Notes: generated by a model from the sequence alone, not told the origin. Positions 1 through 10,200 are shown, counted from the stretch's first letter. The stretch: DNA of 64,000 bases from an uncultured Gammaproteobacteria bacterium (GCA_963706535.1 CAVPMU010000009.1:47921-111920), one strand, 5' to 3'. Program-made: numbers and translations.

Positions 1-57
1 CGCCGGCGCCGCCGCTGCCGGCGAGTGCGATCGAGAGTGAAGTCCGGTGGGTGGTCA
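1..57 (-). CDS. 5' end of an unidentified CDS running off the left edge (MTTHRTSLSIALAGSGGAG..., possible GxGxxG dinucleotide-binding start)
   Basis: ATG at 57-55 (minus), open to window edge. Only 19 codons visible. Confidence 0.25.
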
Positions 58-90
58 TCGGCAGGACTCGGCGGTGCGAACCCGGAATCT

Positions 91-2367
91 TCAGCGATAC
101 GACACCGCGAAGTCGAGCCCGGAACGCGCGCCTGCCACGTCGACGGTTCCAGGAGCCTCGGCGGACGGATAGCGGCCGCAGACCTCGCCGCTCTCGCAGG
201 TGATCGAGTCGTTGTCGAGGTCGGTGCTCGCGACGATACGGTACTCGCCCGGTCGTACTCCCTCGAAACGGTAGGGCAACGAGATTCCGTCCGCCCGCAC
301 CGGGAGGCGGGCCGCGACCTGGCCCGTCCGTGCATCCACCAGTTCGAGGTACAGTCGGCCGGCGTCCGGCGCCTCCGTCGCACCGGTGACGCGCATCGTG
401 ACCGCGACCCGTTGCGTGCCGGCATTCGACACGAAATCGACCGAGCCCTCGTAGCTGCCCGCGGCGAGGCCCGCACGCTCGACGCCGACCACGTAGCGGC
501 CAAGTCCGCTCGCGTCCGTCTCGCCGGGCGTCACTCGCAACCAGGCGGCCGAAGCGACTACGTTGGAAATGGCGAGCGTGCCGTCGCCAGACTTCGCCGC
601 CAGCACGTCGGCGTGCAATCCCACATCGCCGAAGGCAAGCGCGGTCGGAGCCACGACGAGCGCAGTGCCGGCCGGCGGCGTGACCGAGCCTGTGGCCATC
701 ACTGCGGCGAACGCGTCGATGAGCCCCACACCGAGTTCGTCCGGACCAGGCGTGCCGATGTCGGCGGTGAGCCGCTGCTGGCTGAGCAACGCATCGATCG
801 CCTCCGGCGTGAGGCCCGCGTCGATGCTCTTCATCAGTGCGACGACGCCGGTGACGTGCGCGGCGGCCATCGAGGTGCCCTCGAGAAAGGCGTAGCCGGG
901 CGTGCGCGTGCCCCCGCTGCCGCTCGCGTACGTGCTGTAGACGCCATCGGCGTGGCCGTCACCGTCGAGGTCGCGCCGCAGGTCGCCGCCCGGCGCCGCG
1001 ACATCCACCCACCCGGCGCCGAAGTTCGAGTAGGGCGCCCGCTCACGCGTCGGCCCGACCGCGGCGACGGCGATCACGCCGCGGCAGGACGCCGGCGTGA
1101 CGGGCTCGCTCCGGCCGTCGTTGCCGGCAGCCGCGACGATTATCACGCCACGCGCGCGGATCTCGGCCGCAAGCGCCGCCATGCTCGCGTCGCAGGCGCC
1201 GCCCTGGGACAGGCTCAGGCTGATCACGTCGGCGCGCCGGGCGGGCAGGCGGCCGGAGTCGTTCGGCAGTCCGGCGGCGTAACGCATGCCCTGCATGACG
1301 TCGTAGATCGTGCCGCCGAAGCAGCTGTCGAGCGCGCGCACCGGCATGATCGAGACGTTGCCCGCGACGCCGGCCACGCCCGTCGCATCGTTCGCCGCCG
1401 CGGCCACCGTGCCCGCGACGTGCGTGCCATGGAACCGGTCGGTGCCGCTCGTCGCGCAACCGGGGTCGTCGGAATCGGCGTCGGGCCCGTCGCCGTCGCC
1501 GTTCAGCTTGAAGCTCACGAAGTCGTAGCCGGCGATCCGCCTTGCCGCGAATTCCGGATGTGGGACGAGCCCGGAGTCGACCACGGCCGCGATCACGCCC
1601 GGGTTGCCGAAGGTCACGGTCCAGGCGGCGGGCAGGCCGATCAACTCGTAGTGCCAGCGCTGCAACGGATACAGCGGATCGTTCGGCACGGCCGCGGCCG
1701 CAAGGCGGCGATTGAGGTCGGCCGCGCGCATGGCCGGGTCGCGCCGCAGCTGCTTCACGATCTGCAGGGTGGCGCGCCTGGCCTGCATTGCGGCCGGCAC
1801 GGTGAAACCTGCGCGATCCTGCAAGGGTGCGTCGGCCAGCGACTTCCGCCGGCCCGGACCTGATCCGACCGGGAGGCGCACGAGATGCTCCCGCACACCG
1901 GCCTGCAGCGGCGCCAACGGCGTCACGATGACCTCGCCGGGTACGAAATCATCGCTGAGGCGCAGCGAGGGCACGGCGGCCGCCGTGACCGCGTCGCCGA
2001 TCGCAAGTCGGTAGATCGTCGCGCCCTGCACCGCGTCGTAGAGGCCGAGGTCGGCGTCGTCGCGCGCGCCGTCGGGCGTGCCGGGGGGCGGTGGTGGCAG
2101 CACCAGTTCGAGCAGCTGTCCGGCCACGAGGTCGACGGCATACACGTCGTCGAGGTCGCCTGCCGCGTGCGAGCGACCTTGCGGGCCGCGTCCCGCCTCG
2201 TTGACGTAGCCGTCCACCTGCAGGATGGCCGCGAGCAGCACGTCGCCCGCCACGGCGGCCGACTGCACGAGCGGCTCCGTGGACGAACCGCCGGACCCGC
2301 CTCCACCGCAGGCGGCCAGCAGCAGGGACAGGAGCGTTGCTGGTCTGGGGTTGCGCAAGGGTCGCAC
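91..2367 (-). CDS. S8 family (subtilisin-like) serine peptidase, lipoprotein/secreted
   Basis: 758-aa ORF. Signal + lipobox LLLAAC. Catalytic motifs VVDSG, HGTHVAGTVAA, GTSMAAAHVTG. GTG start. Confidence 0.9.
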   Translation of the reverse strand: MRPLRNPRPATLLSLLLAACGGGGSGGSSTEPLVQSAAVAGDVLLAAILQVDGYVNEAGRGPQGRSHAAGDLDDVYAVDLVAGQLLELVLPPPPPGTPDGARDDADLGLYDAVQGATIYRLAIGDAVTAAAVPSLRLSDDFVPGEVIVTPLAPLQAGVREHLVRLPVGSGPGRRKSLADAPLQDRAGFTVPAAMQARRATLQIVKQLRRDPAMRAADLNRRLAAAAVPNDPLYPLQRWHYELIGLPAAWTVTFGNPGVIAAVVDSGLVPHPEFAARRIAGYDFVSFKLNGDGDGPDADSDDPGCATSGTDRFHGTHVAGTVAAAANDATGVAGVAGNVSIMPVRALDSCFGGTIYDVMQGMRYAAGLPNDSGRLPARRADVISLSLSQGGACDASMAALAAEIRARGVIIVAAAGNDGRSEPVTPASCRGVIAVAAVGPTRERAPYSNFGAGWVDVAAPGGDLRRDLDGDGHADGVYSTYASGSGGTRTPGYAFLEGTSMAAAHVTGVVALMKSIDAGLTPEAIDALLSQQRLTADIGTPGPDELGVGLIDAFAAVMATGSVTPPAGTALVVAPTALAFGDVGLHADVLAAKSGDGTLAISNVVASAAWLRVTPGETDASGLGRYVVGVERAGLAAGSYEGSVDFVSNAGTQRVAVTMRVTGATEAPDAGRLYLELVDARTGQVAARLPVRADGISLPYRFEGVRPGEYRIVASTDLDNDSITCESGEVCGRYPSAEAPGTVDVAGARSGLDFAVSYR

Positions 2368-2389
2368 GCTACGCGAAACCCGCGGAACC

Positions 2390-5300
2390 TTAAACCCGGC
2401 ATTTCTCCAGGGTGGCGCGCAGCGCCGCAGCTTCCACGGGCTTGCGCAGCACCGCCACGAGCCCGACCGAGTCCGCGTCCGACCGGGCCAGCCCGTCGCT
2501 GTAGCCGGTGTAGAGGATCACTGGCAGGTCGGCGCGCACCGCATGCAGGGCGCGTGCGAGCGCCAGTCCCGCCATGCGCGGCATCGACTGGTCGGTGATC
2601 ACGACGTCGAAGCGCGCCGGTTCGCGCATCACGGCCTCGAGCGCCTCCTGCGGGCGCGACATGCAGCTCGCCTGCATCCCCCAGGTGTCGAGCAGTTCGC
2701 GCATGAACCCGCCGACCGATTCCTCGTCGTCGACGACGAGCACCGATCCCTCGAGCGTGCGGCGATCGGCCGGCACGTGCGCACTGCGCGCGGCCGGCAG
2801 GCCGTTGGCGGCAACCTCGTGGGGGAGCGCCTGGAGCAGCACGCGGAACCGCGAGCCCCGGCCCGGCGTGGCTTCGACGACGACGTGGCCGCCCTGCTCG
2901 TGCACGATGCCGTGCACGATCGCGAGCCCCATGCCGGTGCCCTTGCCGGTCTCCTTGGTCGGGTAGAACGGCTCGAAGATGCGCTCGAGCACCTCGGGCG
3001 CGATGCCCTGGCCCGCGTCCTCGACGCACAGTTCGACGTACCGGCCGGACGCGGCGGCGCGGCACCCGGCGCAGGTGGCATACACGACCTCCACCGGCCG
3101 CACGGTCACGCGTACGGTCCCGCTCCCGCCGGCCGCATCGCGCGCGTTGATGCACAGGTTGAGCAGCACCTGTTCGAGCTGCAGGGGCCCGAGCCGGGCC
3201 GTCGTGCCCTCGTGCGCGATGTCCGACTGCAGGTCCATCGCGGCAGGCAGGGCGGTGCGGACGATCTGCAGCGAGTCCTGCACCAGCGGCCCGACGGCGA
3301 CCGGGCGCGCCTCGTCGCGCTGCCCGCGGCTGAACATCAGCATCTGCTGGATGAGGTCGCACGAATGCTGCGCCTGGGTGAGGTAGCCTTCGAGCCGCCC
3401 ATCGCCGAACTGCTCCTGCCGCTCGGCCGCAAGCGCGACGTAGCCCATGATGCTGGTGAGCAGGTTGTTGAATTCGTGCGCGATGCCGCCGGTGAGCTGG
3501 CCGATCGCCTCCATCTTCTGCGCCTGCCTCAGTTTCGCCTCGAGCCGCTGGCGGCGCGCTTCGGCGGCCTTGACCTCGCTGATGTCGCGCAGGTAGCCGA
3601 TGAAGATCGTGCCCTCGGCACCCTGGGCCACGCCCGTCGCGAGCTCGACCGGGAACTCGCTGCCGTCCGCACGCAGCGCGCAGGTCTCGATGCGTCGCCC
3701 GAGGAAAGGACCCTCGCCGGATTCGAGGTAGCTGGCGAGCGCCCGGGCGAAGGTCTCGCGCAGGCGCTCCGGGACGAGCAGTTCGTCGAGCCGGCGTCCG
3801 AGCACGTCGGCATTCCGGTAGCCGAAGCACGCCTCGGCCGCCGGGTTGACCTCGATGATGCGGCCCTGGTGGTCGATCGCGACGATGGAGTCGATGGCCG
3901 CCCTGATGGTGGCGCGGAGCCGGTCCTCGCTCTGGCGCAGTGCCTGCTCGCGGAGCTTGCGCTCGGTCACTTCACGCGTGAAGGCGAGCACGCGCGGCCG
4001 GCCTGCGATGCGCGCGCTGCGCAGCACCACCTCGTCCCAGTGCAGGCTGCCGTCCTTGTTGCGGCGCTGCCATTCGAAGCGCGCCACCCCGTCGTGCTTC
4101 GCCTGCTCGATCCAGCGCATCGCCTCCTCGTTGGTATATGGCGGCACGCACGCGCTGATGTCGCACAGCGAGGAGCGGAGGAGTTCCTCGTGGCTGAAGC
4201 CGGAGAGTTCGCAGGCGCGCGGATTGACGTTGACGATCGCGCCGGTGTCCCAGTCGTGGACGCAGATCGCGTCTTCGCTCGCCTCGAAGATCTCGCGGTA
4301 GCTCGTCTCGGAGGCCCTGAGCGCCGCGGAAGCGCGCGCGGTCGATCTCCGCCGAGGCGCGCACTGCGAAGATGCGCAGCACCGACTCGACGAAGGCGGG
4401 CCGCTCGAGCGGTTTGCGCGCGATCGCCGAGATCAGGCCGCGCGTACGGCCGGCAGCGTCGTTCAACGGGTAGCCCGCGTAGCTCTCCACTCCGAGCTTG
4501 TGGAAGTCGGTGTCGGCCGGGAACAGTTGCGGGAGCCGTTCGGCATGGAAGCGGAACTGCTGGCCGAGCACCGGCTCGCAGGGCGTGCCGGACATCGGGT
4601 AGGCGAAGTTCTCGACGATCCGGCCGTCGAGGTAGAAGGCGCACATGTGCAGCCGGCAGGGATCCGCCGCGTCGAAGGTCGCGATGAAGGCGCCGTCCAC
4701 GCCGAGGATCGTCGCGAGATGGCGCACCAGTTCGCGGTAGAGCGATTCGTCCTCGGCGGTGGACACGGCGAGCGCCGCGCTCGACAGGGCGTCCTCGAGG
4801 TGCTTGCGTTCCGTGATGTCGGTGGCGATGCCGCAGACCGCGTAGACGGCGCCATCGGCGTCGAACAGCGCGAATCTCGAGGAGAGGTAGGTGCGCGGTC
4901 CGCCGCCGAAGTCGCCCGACTCCTCGAACTCGATGGCGCGTTTCTCGTGCAGCGCGCGCTCGACTGCGTGCAGCGTGGTGGCCGGCTGGTCCATGGGGCG
5001 AGTATAGGCAGGCGTCCCGGCGCGGCGCGCGATGCGGATGTCGATCGATCGGTCGAACGGCTCCCACTCGCGGTTGCGGGTGAGCGTGAGTATCCGGTCG
5101 CGCGACAGCGCCTTGCCGGGATGCTCGACGAACACCTTGAGCAGGTCGAACTCCATGCTGGTGGTCGGGATCTCGGCGCCGTCGGCGTCGATGAACTGCT
5201 GTGCGGCGAGGTCGAGCCGGCAGCGTCCGAAGGGCACGGTGCGTGGCTGGGCAGGCGCGTCGCCGGGCGAGGCGGCCGCGGGGCGCGCCTGGCTGCGGCG

Positions 5301-5657
5301 CATGACGCTCTTCAGGCGTGCGAGCAGCTCGCGCGGGCCGAACGGCTTCGTCACGTAGTCGTCGGCGCCGACCTCGAGGCCGACCACGCGGTCGATGATC
5401 TCGCCGGCCGCGGTGACCATGATGATGCCGACGTCGTAGCGCTCGCGCAGGAAGCGCGCGAGCGAGAGTCCTTCCTCGCGGGGCAGGCGCAGGTCGAGCA
5501 GCACCACGTCGGGGAGATCCTGCCCGATCGCGACGCGCATGGCGGCGCCGTCCCCGGCCTCGGCCGTCCTGAACCCGTGCGAGCCGAGATACTCCGCCCG
5601 CATCTGGCGGATCGAAGGATCGTCGTCGACTATGAGCACCGAGCCGGCGTGCGCCAC
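2390..5657 (-). pseudogene. Hybrid sensor histidine kinase/response regulator (REC - partial OmpR-type wHTH - partial PAS - GAF - PAS - PAS - HisKA - HATPase - REC), interrupted by a +1 frameshift near 4332-4340
   Basis: ORFs 3972..5705 and 2390..4147 are consecutive parts of one protein. N-terminal part has VLIVDDD...DLRLP REC, MEFDLLKVF...RSIDIRIARR wHTH and a GAF domain. The downstream frame extended upstream of its GTG reads ...SAALRASETSYREIFEASEDAICVHDWDTG (PAS). Then GGIAHEFNNLL HisKA, G-boxes, and C-terminal REC VLVVDDE...ITDQSMP. Span length 3268 = 3n+1. Likely start is GTG 5657 with AGGGGGAA SD. Confidence 0.8.
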
Positions 5658-5847
5658 CTGTTCCCCCTGCGGGCCCTGCGAGCCGCGCCAGCATAGCGGC
5701 GGCACCGCCGGCCCGCTGCGCCGTCACAAACGGATGCAAGAAATTGCGCGCGCGACATCGGGCCGTTACCGACGTCCGCGAGGATGGCACCCAACGCGAG
5801 CGGGCTCCTCCGCCGCAGGTCGCCGACATCGTTGCAGGGAGACAGAC

Positions 5848-6657
5848 ATGCAGAACGCAGCCATCAAGCTCGACACCCGCGAGGCCTATGACGTTGCGGA
5901 GACCGCACGCTATGCGCGCATCATCAAGGCCTCGAAGCGCGTGCGCTGGGACATCGACGCCGACGTGATCCGTGGCCGGGCCATGGACTTCTCGCAGAAG
6001 TTCCTGCCCGACGGTCTGGCAAAGATGGACGGCTTCCCGTTCCTCGCCGCGGACGAGCGACGCCTCATGAGCCAGGTGCAGGGCCGCACCTACGCCTACG
6101 TCTTCGGCCTGGTGGAGCGCTTCATCGGCGCGAAGGTGCTCGAGCTCTCCGGCCAGCACTGGCTCGGCGACCAGGTCGCGCTCGAGGCGCTGGTGCGCTT
6201 CAGCGACGAGGAGTTGAAGCGCCAGGAGCTGTTCCGCCGCATCGAGGCCGATGCGGCCCTCTCGCCGCCGTGGAAGGACGTCTTCAAGTACCACTGGATG
6301 GAGGAAGTGCAGCACGCGATGCTCGACGAGATCGAACGGGAGCGCGAGCACGGCAAGCTGCAGCCGTTCGAGCGCGACCGCGCGGTCGACGACCTGATCG
6401 GCCTCGTCGGCGCCGTGGACGGCATCCTGCAGGCCCAGGCCGCGGCCGACGCGGACTACTTCATCGACATCTGCAAGCGCGGATTCACGACGGGCGAGCA
6501 GGAGTCGATTCGCAAGGGGCTGCTGCGCGCGTACCCCTGGCAGTACATCGTCTCCGGCGTGCAGCACCCGCACTTCGCGCGGCTGCTCACCGGCATGACC
6601 ACGGAGGCGCAGATGTCGCGCATCCAGGCGGCGCTGGCGCCGGTTTTCCAGGGCTGA
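5848..6657 (+). CDS. Ferritin-like / diiron-type hypothetical protein (function uncertain)
   Basis: ATG 5848 preceded by GGGAGA SD. 269 aa, helical. ExxH motif MEEVQH. High GC3. Confidence 0.6.
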   Translation: MQNAAIKLDTREAYDVAETARYARIIKASKRVRWDIDADVIRGRAMDFSQKFLPDGLAKMDGFPFLAADERRLMSQVQGRTYAYVFGLVERFIGAKVLELSGQHWLGDQVALEALVRFSDEELKRQELFRRIEADAALSPPWKDVFKYHWMEEVQHAMLDEIEREREHGKLQPFERDRAVDDLIGLVGAVDGILQAQAAADADYFIDICKRGFTTGEQESIRKGLLRAYPWQYIVSGVQHPHFARLLTGMTTEAQMSRIQAALAPVFQG

Positions 6658-6679
6658 TCCCGACCAGGAGGGTATCGAC

Positions 6680-6802
6680 GTGACCTCGTGCAAATCGACG
6701 AAACGCTACGAACTCACGGTCTTCGCCGCACTGGCGGTGCTGGTCGTGATGAGGCTGGGCGCGCCGTTGAACGCCGGGTTCAACGCCCACTACGTGCTGT
6801 AG
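6680..6802 (+). CDS. Small (40 aa) single-TM hypothetical peptide MTSCKSTKRYELTVFAALAVLVVMRLGAPLNAGFNAHYVL
   Basis: GTG start 7 nt after a perfect AGGAGGG SD. Hydrophobic core. Lies between two same-strand genes. Confidence 0.35.
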   Translation: MTSCKSTKRYELTVFAALAVLVVMRLGAPLNAGFNAHYVL

Positions 6803-6823
6803 TGGAGCAACGGGGCATGTGGC

Positions 6824-6850
6824 ATCCTGCCGTCTGGCCGACGGCAGGAT
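6824..6850 (+). promoter_or_regulatory. 11-bp perfect hairpin (ATCCTGCCGTC-TGGCC-GACGGCAGGAT) covering the SD region of the downstream TPP-enzyme gene
   Basis: Inverted repeat read directly. It ends 4 nt before ATG 6855. Confidence 0.45.
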
Positions 6851-6854
6851 CCTC

Positions 6855-8465
6855 ATGCACCTCGCCCAGTCACTGTTGAACGCACTGCAGGATCACGGCG
6901 CACGCCAGGTCTTCGGCATCCCGGGCGACTTCGTGCTCAAGTTCTTCGAGGTCATCGAGGAATCGGGTGTCCTGCCGCTGCACACGCTGAGCCACGAACC
7001 CTCGGTCGGCTATGCGGCCGACGCCGCGGCCCGCGCGAGCTGCGCGCCCGGCGTGGCGGTGGTCACCTACGGCGCCGGCGCGCTCAACATGGTCAATCCG
7101 GTCGCGGCCGCCTATGCGGAGAAGTCGCCGCTGGTGGTGATCTCCGGTGCGCCCGGGCGCAGCGAGAGCCGCGCCGGGCTGCTGCTGCACCACCAGGTGA
7201 AGCGGCTCGACTCGCAGTTCGCGATCTATCGCGAGATCACCTGCGACCAGGCCGTGCTCGACGACCCGGCGTCGGCACCTGTGCAGGTCGCGCGAGTGCT
7301 GCGCAGTTGCCTGATGCATTCGCGGCCCGTCTACCTGGAGTTGCCGCGGGACGTGGTGTTCGAGCCCTGCGCGCCAGTCGTGAAGCTGCCCGAAGTGGAG
7401 TACGACCCGCAGGCGGTGGCGGCGTCGGCGGACGAGATCATGGAGCGCCTCGCCGGCGCGGCGCGGCCGGTGATGATGGTCGGTTCGGAGATCCGCCGTT
7501 ACGGACTCGAGCCGCGCGTGGCGGCACTCGCGCGGCGCCTGCACGTGCCGGTCGTGACGTTGTTCATGGGACGCGGCTTGCTGGCCGAATGCGACGTGCC
7601 GGTGGCGGGCACCTACCTCGGGCTCGCGGCGCATCCGCGCGTCGGCCGGCAGGTCGAGGAGTCGGATTGCCTGCTGCTGCTCGGCGTGACCATATCCGAC
7701 ACGAATTTCGGCGTGGCGGAGGGCCGCATCGACCGGCGCAGCGTCGTGCTCGCAGCCGACCGCTCGGTGACCATGGGCTTTCACCGCTACGGCAACATCC
7801 CGCTCGCGGCGCTGGTCGACGAACTCGCACGTCGTGTCGCCGACCGTCCGCCGCGTTCGGCGGGCCTGCCGACCGAGTTCCCGCACGGGCTGGTCCACGA
7901 CGAATCGCCGATCGCGCCTGCCGACATCGCCCGGGCGGTGAACGACCTGTTCGCCCGGCACGGCCGCATGCCGATGGCGAGCGACACGGGCGACTGCCTG
8001 TTTGCCTCGCTCGACATCCATAACACCGAGCTCGTGGCGCCTGGCTATTACGCGACGATGGGGTTCGGCGTGCCGGCTGGCCTCGGCGTACAGGCGGCGA
8101 CCGGGCGCCGGCCACTGGTCCTGGTCGGCGACGGTGCGTTCCAGATGACCGGCTGGGAACTCGGCAACTGCCGGCGCTACGGCTGGGACCCGATCGTGCT
8201 GGTGTTCAACAACCGCAGCTGGGAGATGCTGCGCGTGTTCCAGCCCGGGTCGCGGTTCAACGAACTCGACGACTGGCATTTCGCCGAGCTGGCGGGTCCG
8301 CTCGGCGGCGACGGAGTGCGGGTCACGACCCGCGTGGAACTCGCCGCGGCGCTCGAATGCGCCGCCGGGCGTCGCGGCCGCTTCCAGCTCATCGAGATCA
8401 TGATTGCGCCGGGCGCGGTCTCGCCCACGCTGCAGGGATTCGTGAAAGCCCTGAGGAAAAAGTAG
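6855..8465 (+). CDS. Thiamine-pyrophosphate-dependent alpha-keto-acid decarboxylase (indolepyruvate/phenylpyruvate decarboxylase family)
   Basis: 536 aa. N-terminal GIPGDF...SHEPSVGYAADAAAR TPP-Pyr domain. C-terminal GDGAFQMT TPP-binding motif. Confidence 0.85.
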   Translation: MHLAQSLLNALQDHGARQVFGIPGDFVLKFFEVIEESGVLPLHTLSHEPSVGYAADAAARASCAPGVAVVTYGAGALNMVNPVAAAYAEKSPLVVISGAPGRSESRAGLLLHHQVKRLDSQFAIYREITCDQAVLDDPASAPVQVARVLRSCLMHSRPVYLELPRDVVFEPCAPVVKLPEVEYDPQAVAASADEIMERLAGAARPVMMVGSEIRRYGLEPRVAALARRLHVPVVTLFMGRGLLAECDVPVAGTYLGLAAHPRVGRQVEESDCLLLLGVTISDTNFGVAEGRIDRRSVVLAADRSVTMGFHRYGNIPLAALVDELARRVADRPPRSAGLPTEFPHGLVHDESPIAPADIARAVNDLFARHGRMPMASDTGDCLFASLDIHNTELVAPGYYATMGFGVPAGLGVQAATGRRPLVLVGDGAFQMTGWELGNCRRYGWDPIVLVFNNRSWEMLRVFQPGSRFNELDDWHFAELAGPLGGDGVRVTTRVELAAALECAAGRRGRFQLIEIMIAPGAVSPTLQGFVKALRKK

Positions 8466-8477
8466 AGGCACCTCTGC

Positions 8478-9044
8478 ATGGTCGCTCTGCTGCGTCGTGG
8501 CGCGCTCGCTCTCCTGCGGCTCTTCGGCTGGCGCACGTCGCTCGTGTGGCCGGCGGAGCCACGCGGCGTCATCCTGGTGTACCCGCACACCTCGAACTGG
8601 GACTTCGTCATCGGCATGCTGTTCAAGATCGGGCACGGACTGCCCGCCAACTGGCTCGGCAAGGACAGCATGTTCCCGTGGCCGTTCCGCGGCCTGCTGG
8701 AGCGGCTCGGCGGCGTGCCGGTCAACCGCCGCGCGGCGACGGGGTTCATCGACCGGCTGGTCGTGGAGTTCCGCAGGCGCGACTGGATGTGGCTCGCGAT
8801 TGCGCCGGAGGGCACGCGCAGCCATACGGACTACCTGAAGTCGGGCTTCTACCTGGTGGCGCTCGCGGCCAACGTCCCGGTGGGTCTCGGTTACATCGAC
8901 TATGGGACGCGTACCGTCGGCATCGATACCTACCTGCGCTTCACCGGCGACCGCGAGCGCGACCTGGCGAGCCTGCGCGACTTCTATGGCACGAAGCGCG
9001 CGCTGCATCCCGAGAACGCCGGCGAGATCCGCTTTCGGCCATGA
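8478..9044 (+). CDS. 1-acyl-sn-glycerol-3-phosphate acyltransferase family (PlsC-type) protein
   Basis: 188 aa. H(X4)D motif HTSNWD. PEGTRS motif. Confidence 0.8.
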   Translation: MVALLRRGALALLRLFGWRTSLVWPAEPRGVILVYPHTSNWDFVIGMLFKIGHGLPANWLGKDSMFPWPFRGLLERLGGVPVNRRAATGFIDRLVVEFRRRDWMWLAIAPEGTRSHTDYLKSGFYLVALAANVPVGLGYIDYGTRTVGIDTYLRFTGDRERDLASLRDFYGTKRALHPENAGEIRFRP

Positions 9045-10200
9045 ACCACCCCGACCCGCAGGCTGCGCGCGACGCGATCGAAGCGCTGAACGCCGGTTGC
9101 TTCTGCATCAGCGTGGATCCGTCCGTCCTGCGCAGCCAGCTCGAGGCCGATGCGGATACGCGCGGCCTGTACGACTCGCTCGCGTGGGCGCCGCCCATTG
9201 CCCGCTTCGAGCCGGGTACGGCGGGGGTGCTGATGGGCTACGACTTCCACGTCACGCCCGAGAGCCCGCGCCTCATCGAGATCAACGCCAATGCCGGCGG
9301 CGCATTCCTGAATGCAGCGCTGTCGAGGGCGCGGCAGGCGTGCTGCGAGCCGGTGTTCTCGGTGCCGCGCCAGCCGGTCGCGGCCGATGCGCTCGAGGAG
9401 GCGCTCTACGCGATGTTCGAGGCGGAGTGGCGCCGCAGGCACGGCGACGAGCCGCTACGTCGCGTCGCGATCGTGGACGAGCAACCCGCCGGGCAGTACC
9501 TGTATCCCGAGTTCCTGCTCGCCGCGCAAATGTTCCGACGCCACGGCGTCGATGCGGTGATCTGCGACCCGTCGGCGCTCGTGTATCGCGACGGTGAACT
9601 GCGCGACCTCACCGGACGCATCGACCTCGTCTGCAACCGGCTCACGGACTTCGCGCTCGATTCGCCGGCGCACGCGGCCCTGCGGTCCGCGTATCTCGCG
9701 GGTGCTGCCGTCGTCACGCCGCATCCCCGGGCGCATGCGCTCCACGCCGACAAGCGCAACCTCGCGATGTTGTGCAATGCGGGCCTGCTGGCGTCGTGGG
9801 GCGTGGAGGCGACGCGCATCGACGTGCTGCGTCGCATGGTGCCGCACACGCGCATCGACGACCCCGCGCTCGGGGAAGAACTGTGGGCCGCGCGCAAGGG
9901 GCTGTTCTTCAAGCCGGTCGCGGGCTACGGCGGCAATGCTATCGCGGCGACAGGCTGACGCGGCGGGCCTGGGGCGAGGTCCTGGCGGGATCCTGCGTGG
10001 CGCAGCAGGTCGTGCCGCCGAGCGAGCGCAGCGTCCACGTGGACGGCGCGGCGGTGCGGCTCAAGCTCGACGTGCGTTGTTACGCCTGCGACGGCCGTGT
10101 GCTCATGCTCGCGGCCCGCCTGTATCAGGGACAGACGACCAATTTCCGCACGCCCGGCGGCGGTTTCGCGACGGTGTTCTGCCCGCCGGCCAGGAGCTGA
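9041..10200 (+). pseudogene. ATP-grasp-type ligase-like protein, frameshifted (1 nt missing near 9940)
   Basis: ATGA overlap with upstream stop. Frame 2 reads ...[13 protein letters not shown] then stops at 9958. Frame 1 continues [17 protein letters not shown]...[22 protein letters not shown] to 10200. Span 1160 = 3n-1. Confidence 0.7.

Noticed and set aside
25-1863. 612-aa plus-strand ORF antisense to the S8 protease. Similar long ORFs: 1923..3830(-), 2225..4687(+), 3967..6693(-).
   Set aside because: Their composition is extremely Arg/Ala/Gly/Pro-rich, with no motifs. They fully overlap ORFs that have clear catalytic motifs. These are typical stop-codon-poor shadow frames of GC-rich DNA.
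5848-6657. Idea that the ferritin-like protein is an aldehyde-deformylating oxygenase partner of the AAR-like reductase (cyanobacterial alkane pathway).
   Set aside because: I see no by-eye similarity to ADO, and only one clear ExxH (EEVQH). The first expected motif reads DEELKRQ, without His. The gene is separated from the AAR-like gene by four others. This is kept only as a weak hypothesis.
6870-9008. 712-aa minus-strand ORF. Likewise 10125..12014(-), 33127..36414(+), 49990..53871(-), 59518..61224(-) and 62573..63853(-).
   Set aside because: These are shadow ORFs opposite well-supported genes (TPP enzyme, AAR-like, M20/Kef, WS/DGAT/DUF1302, OYE, oligopeptidase B). Their low-complexity Arg-rich translations show no domain signatures.
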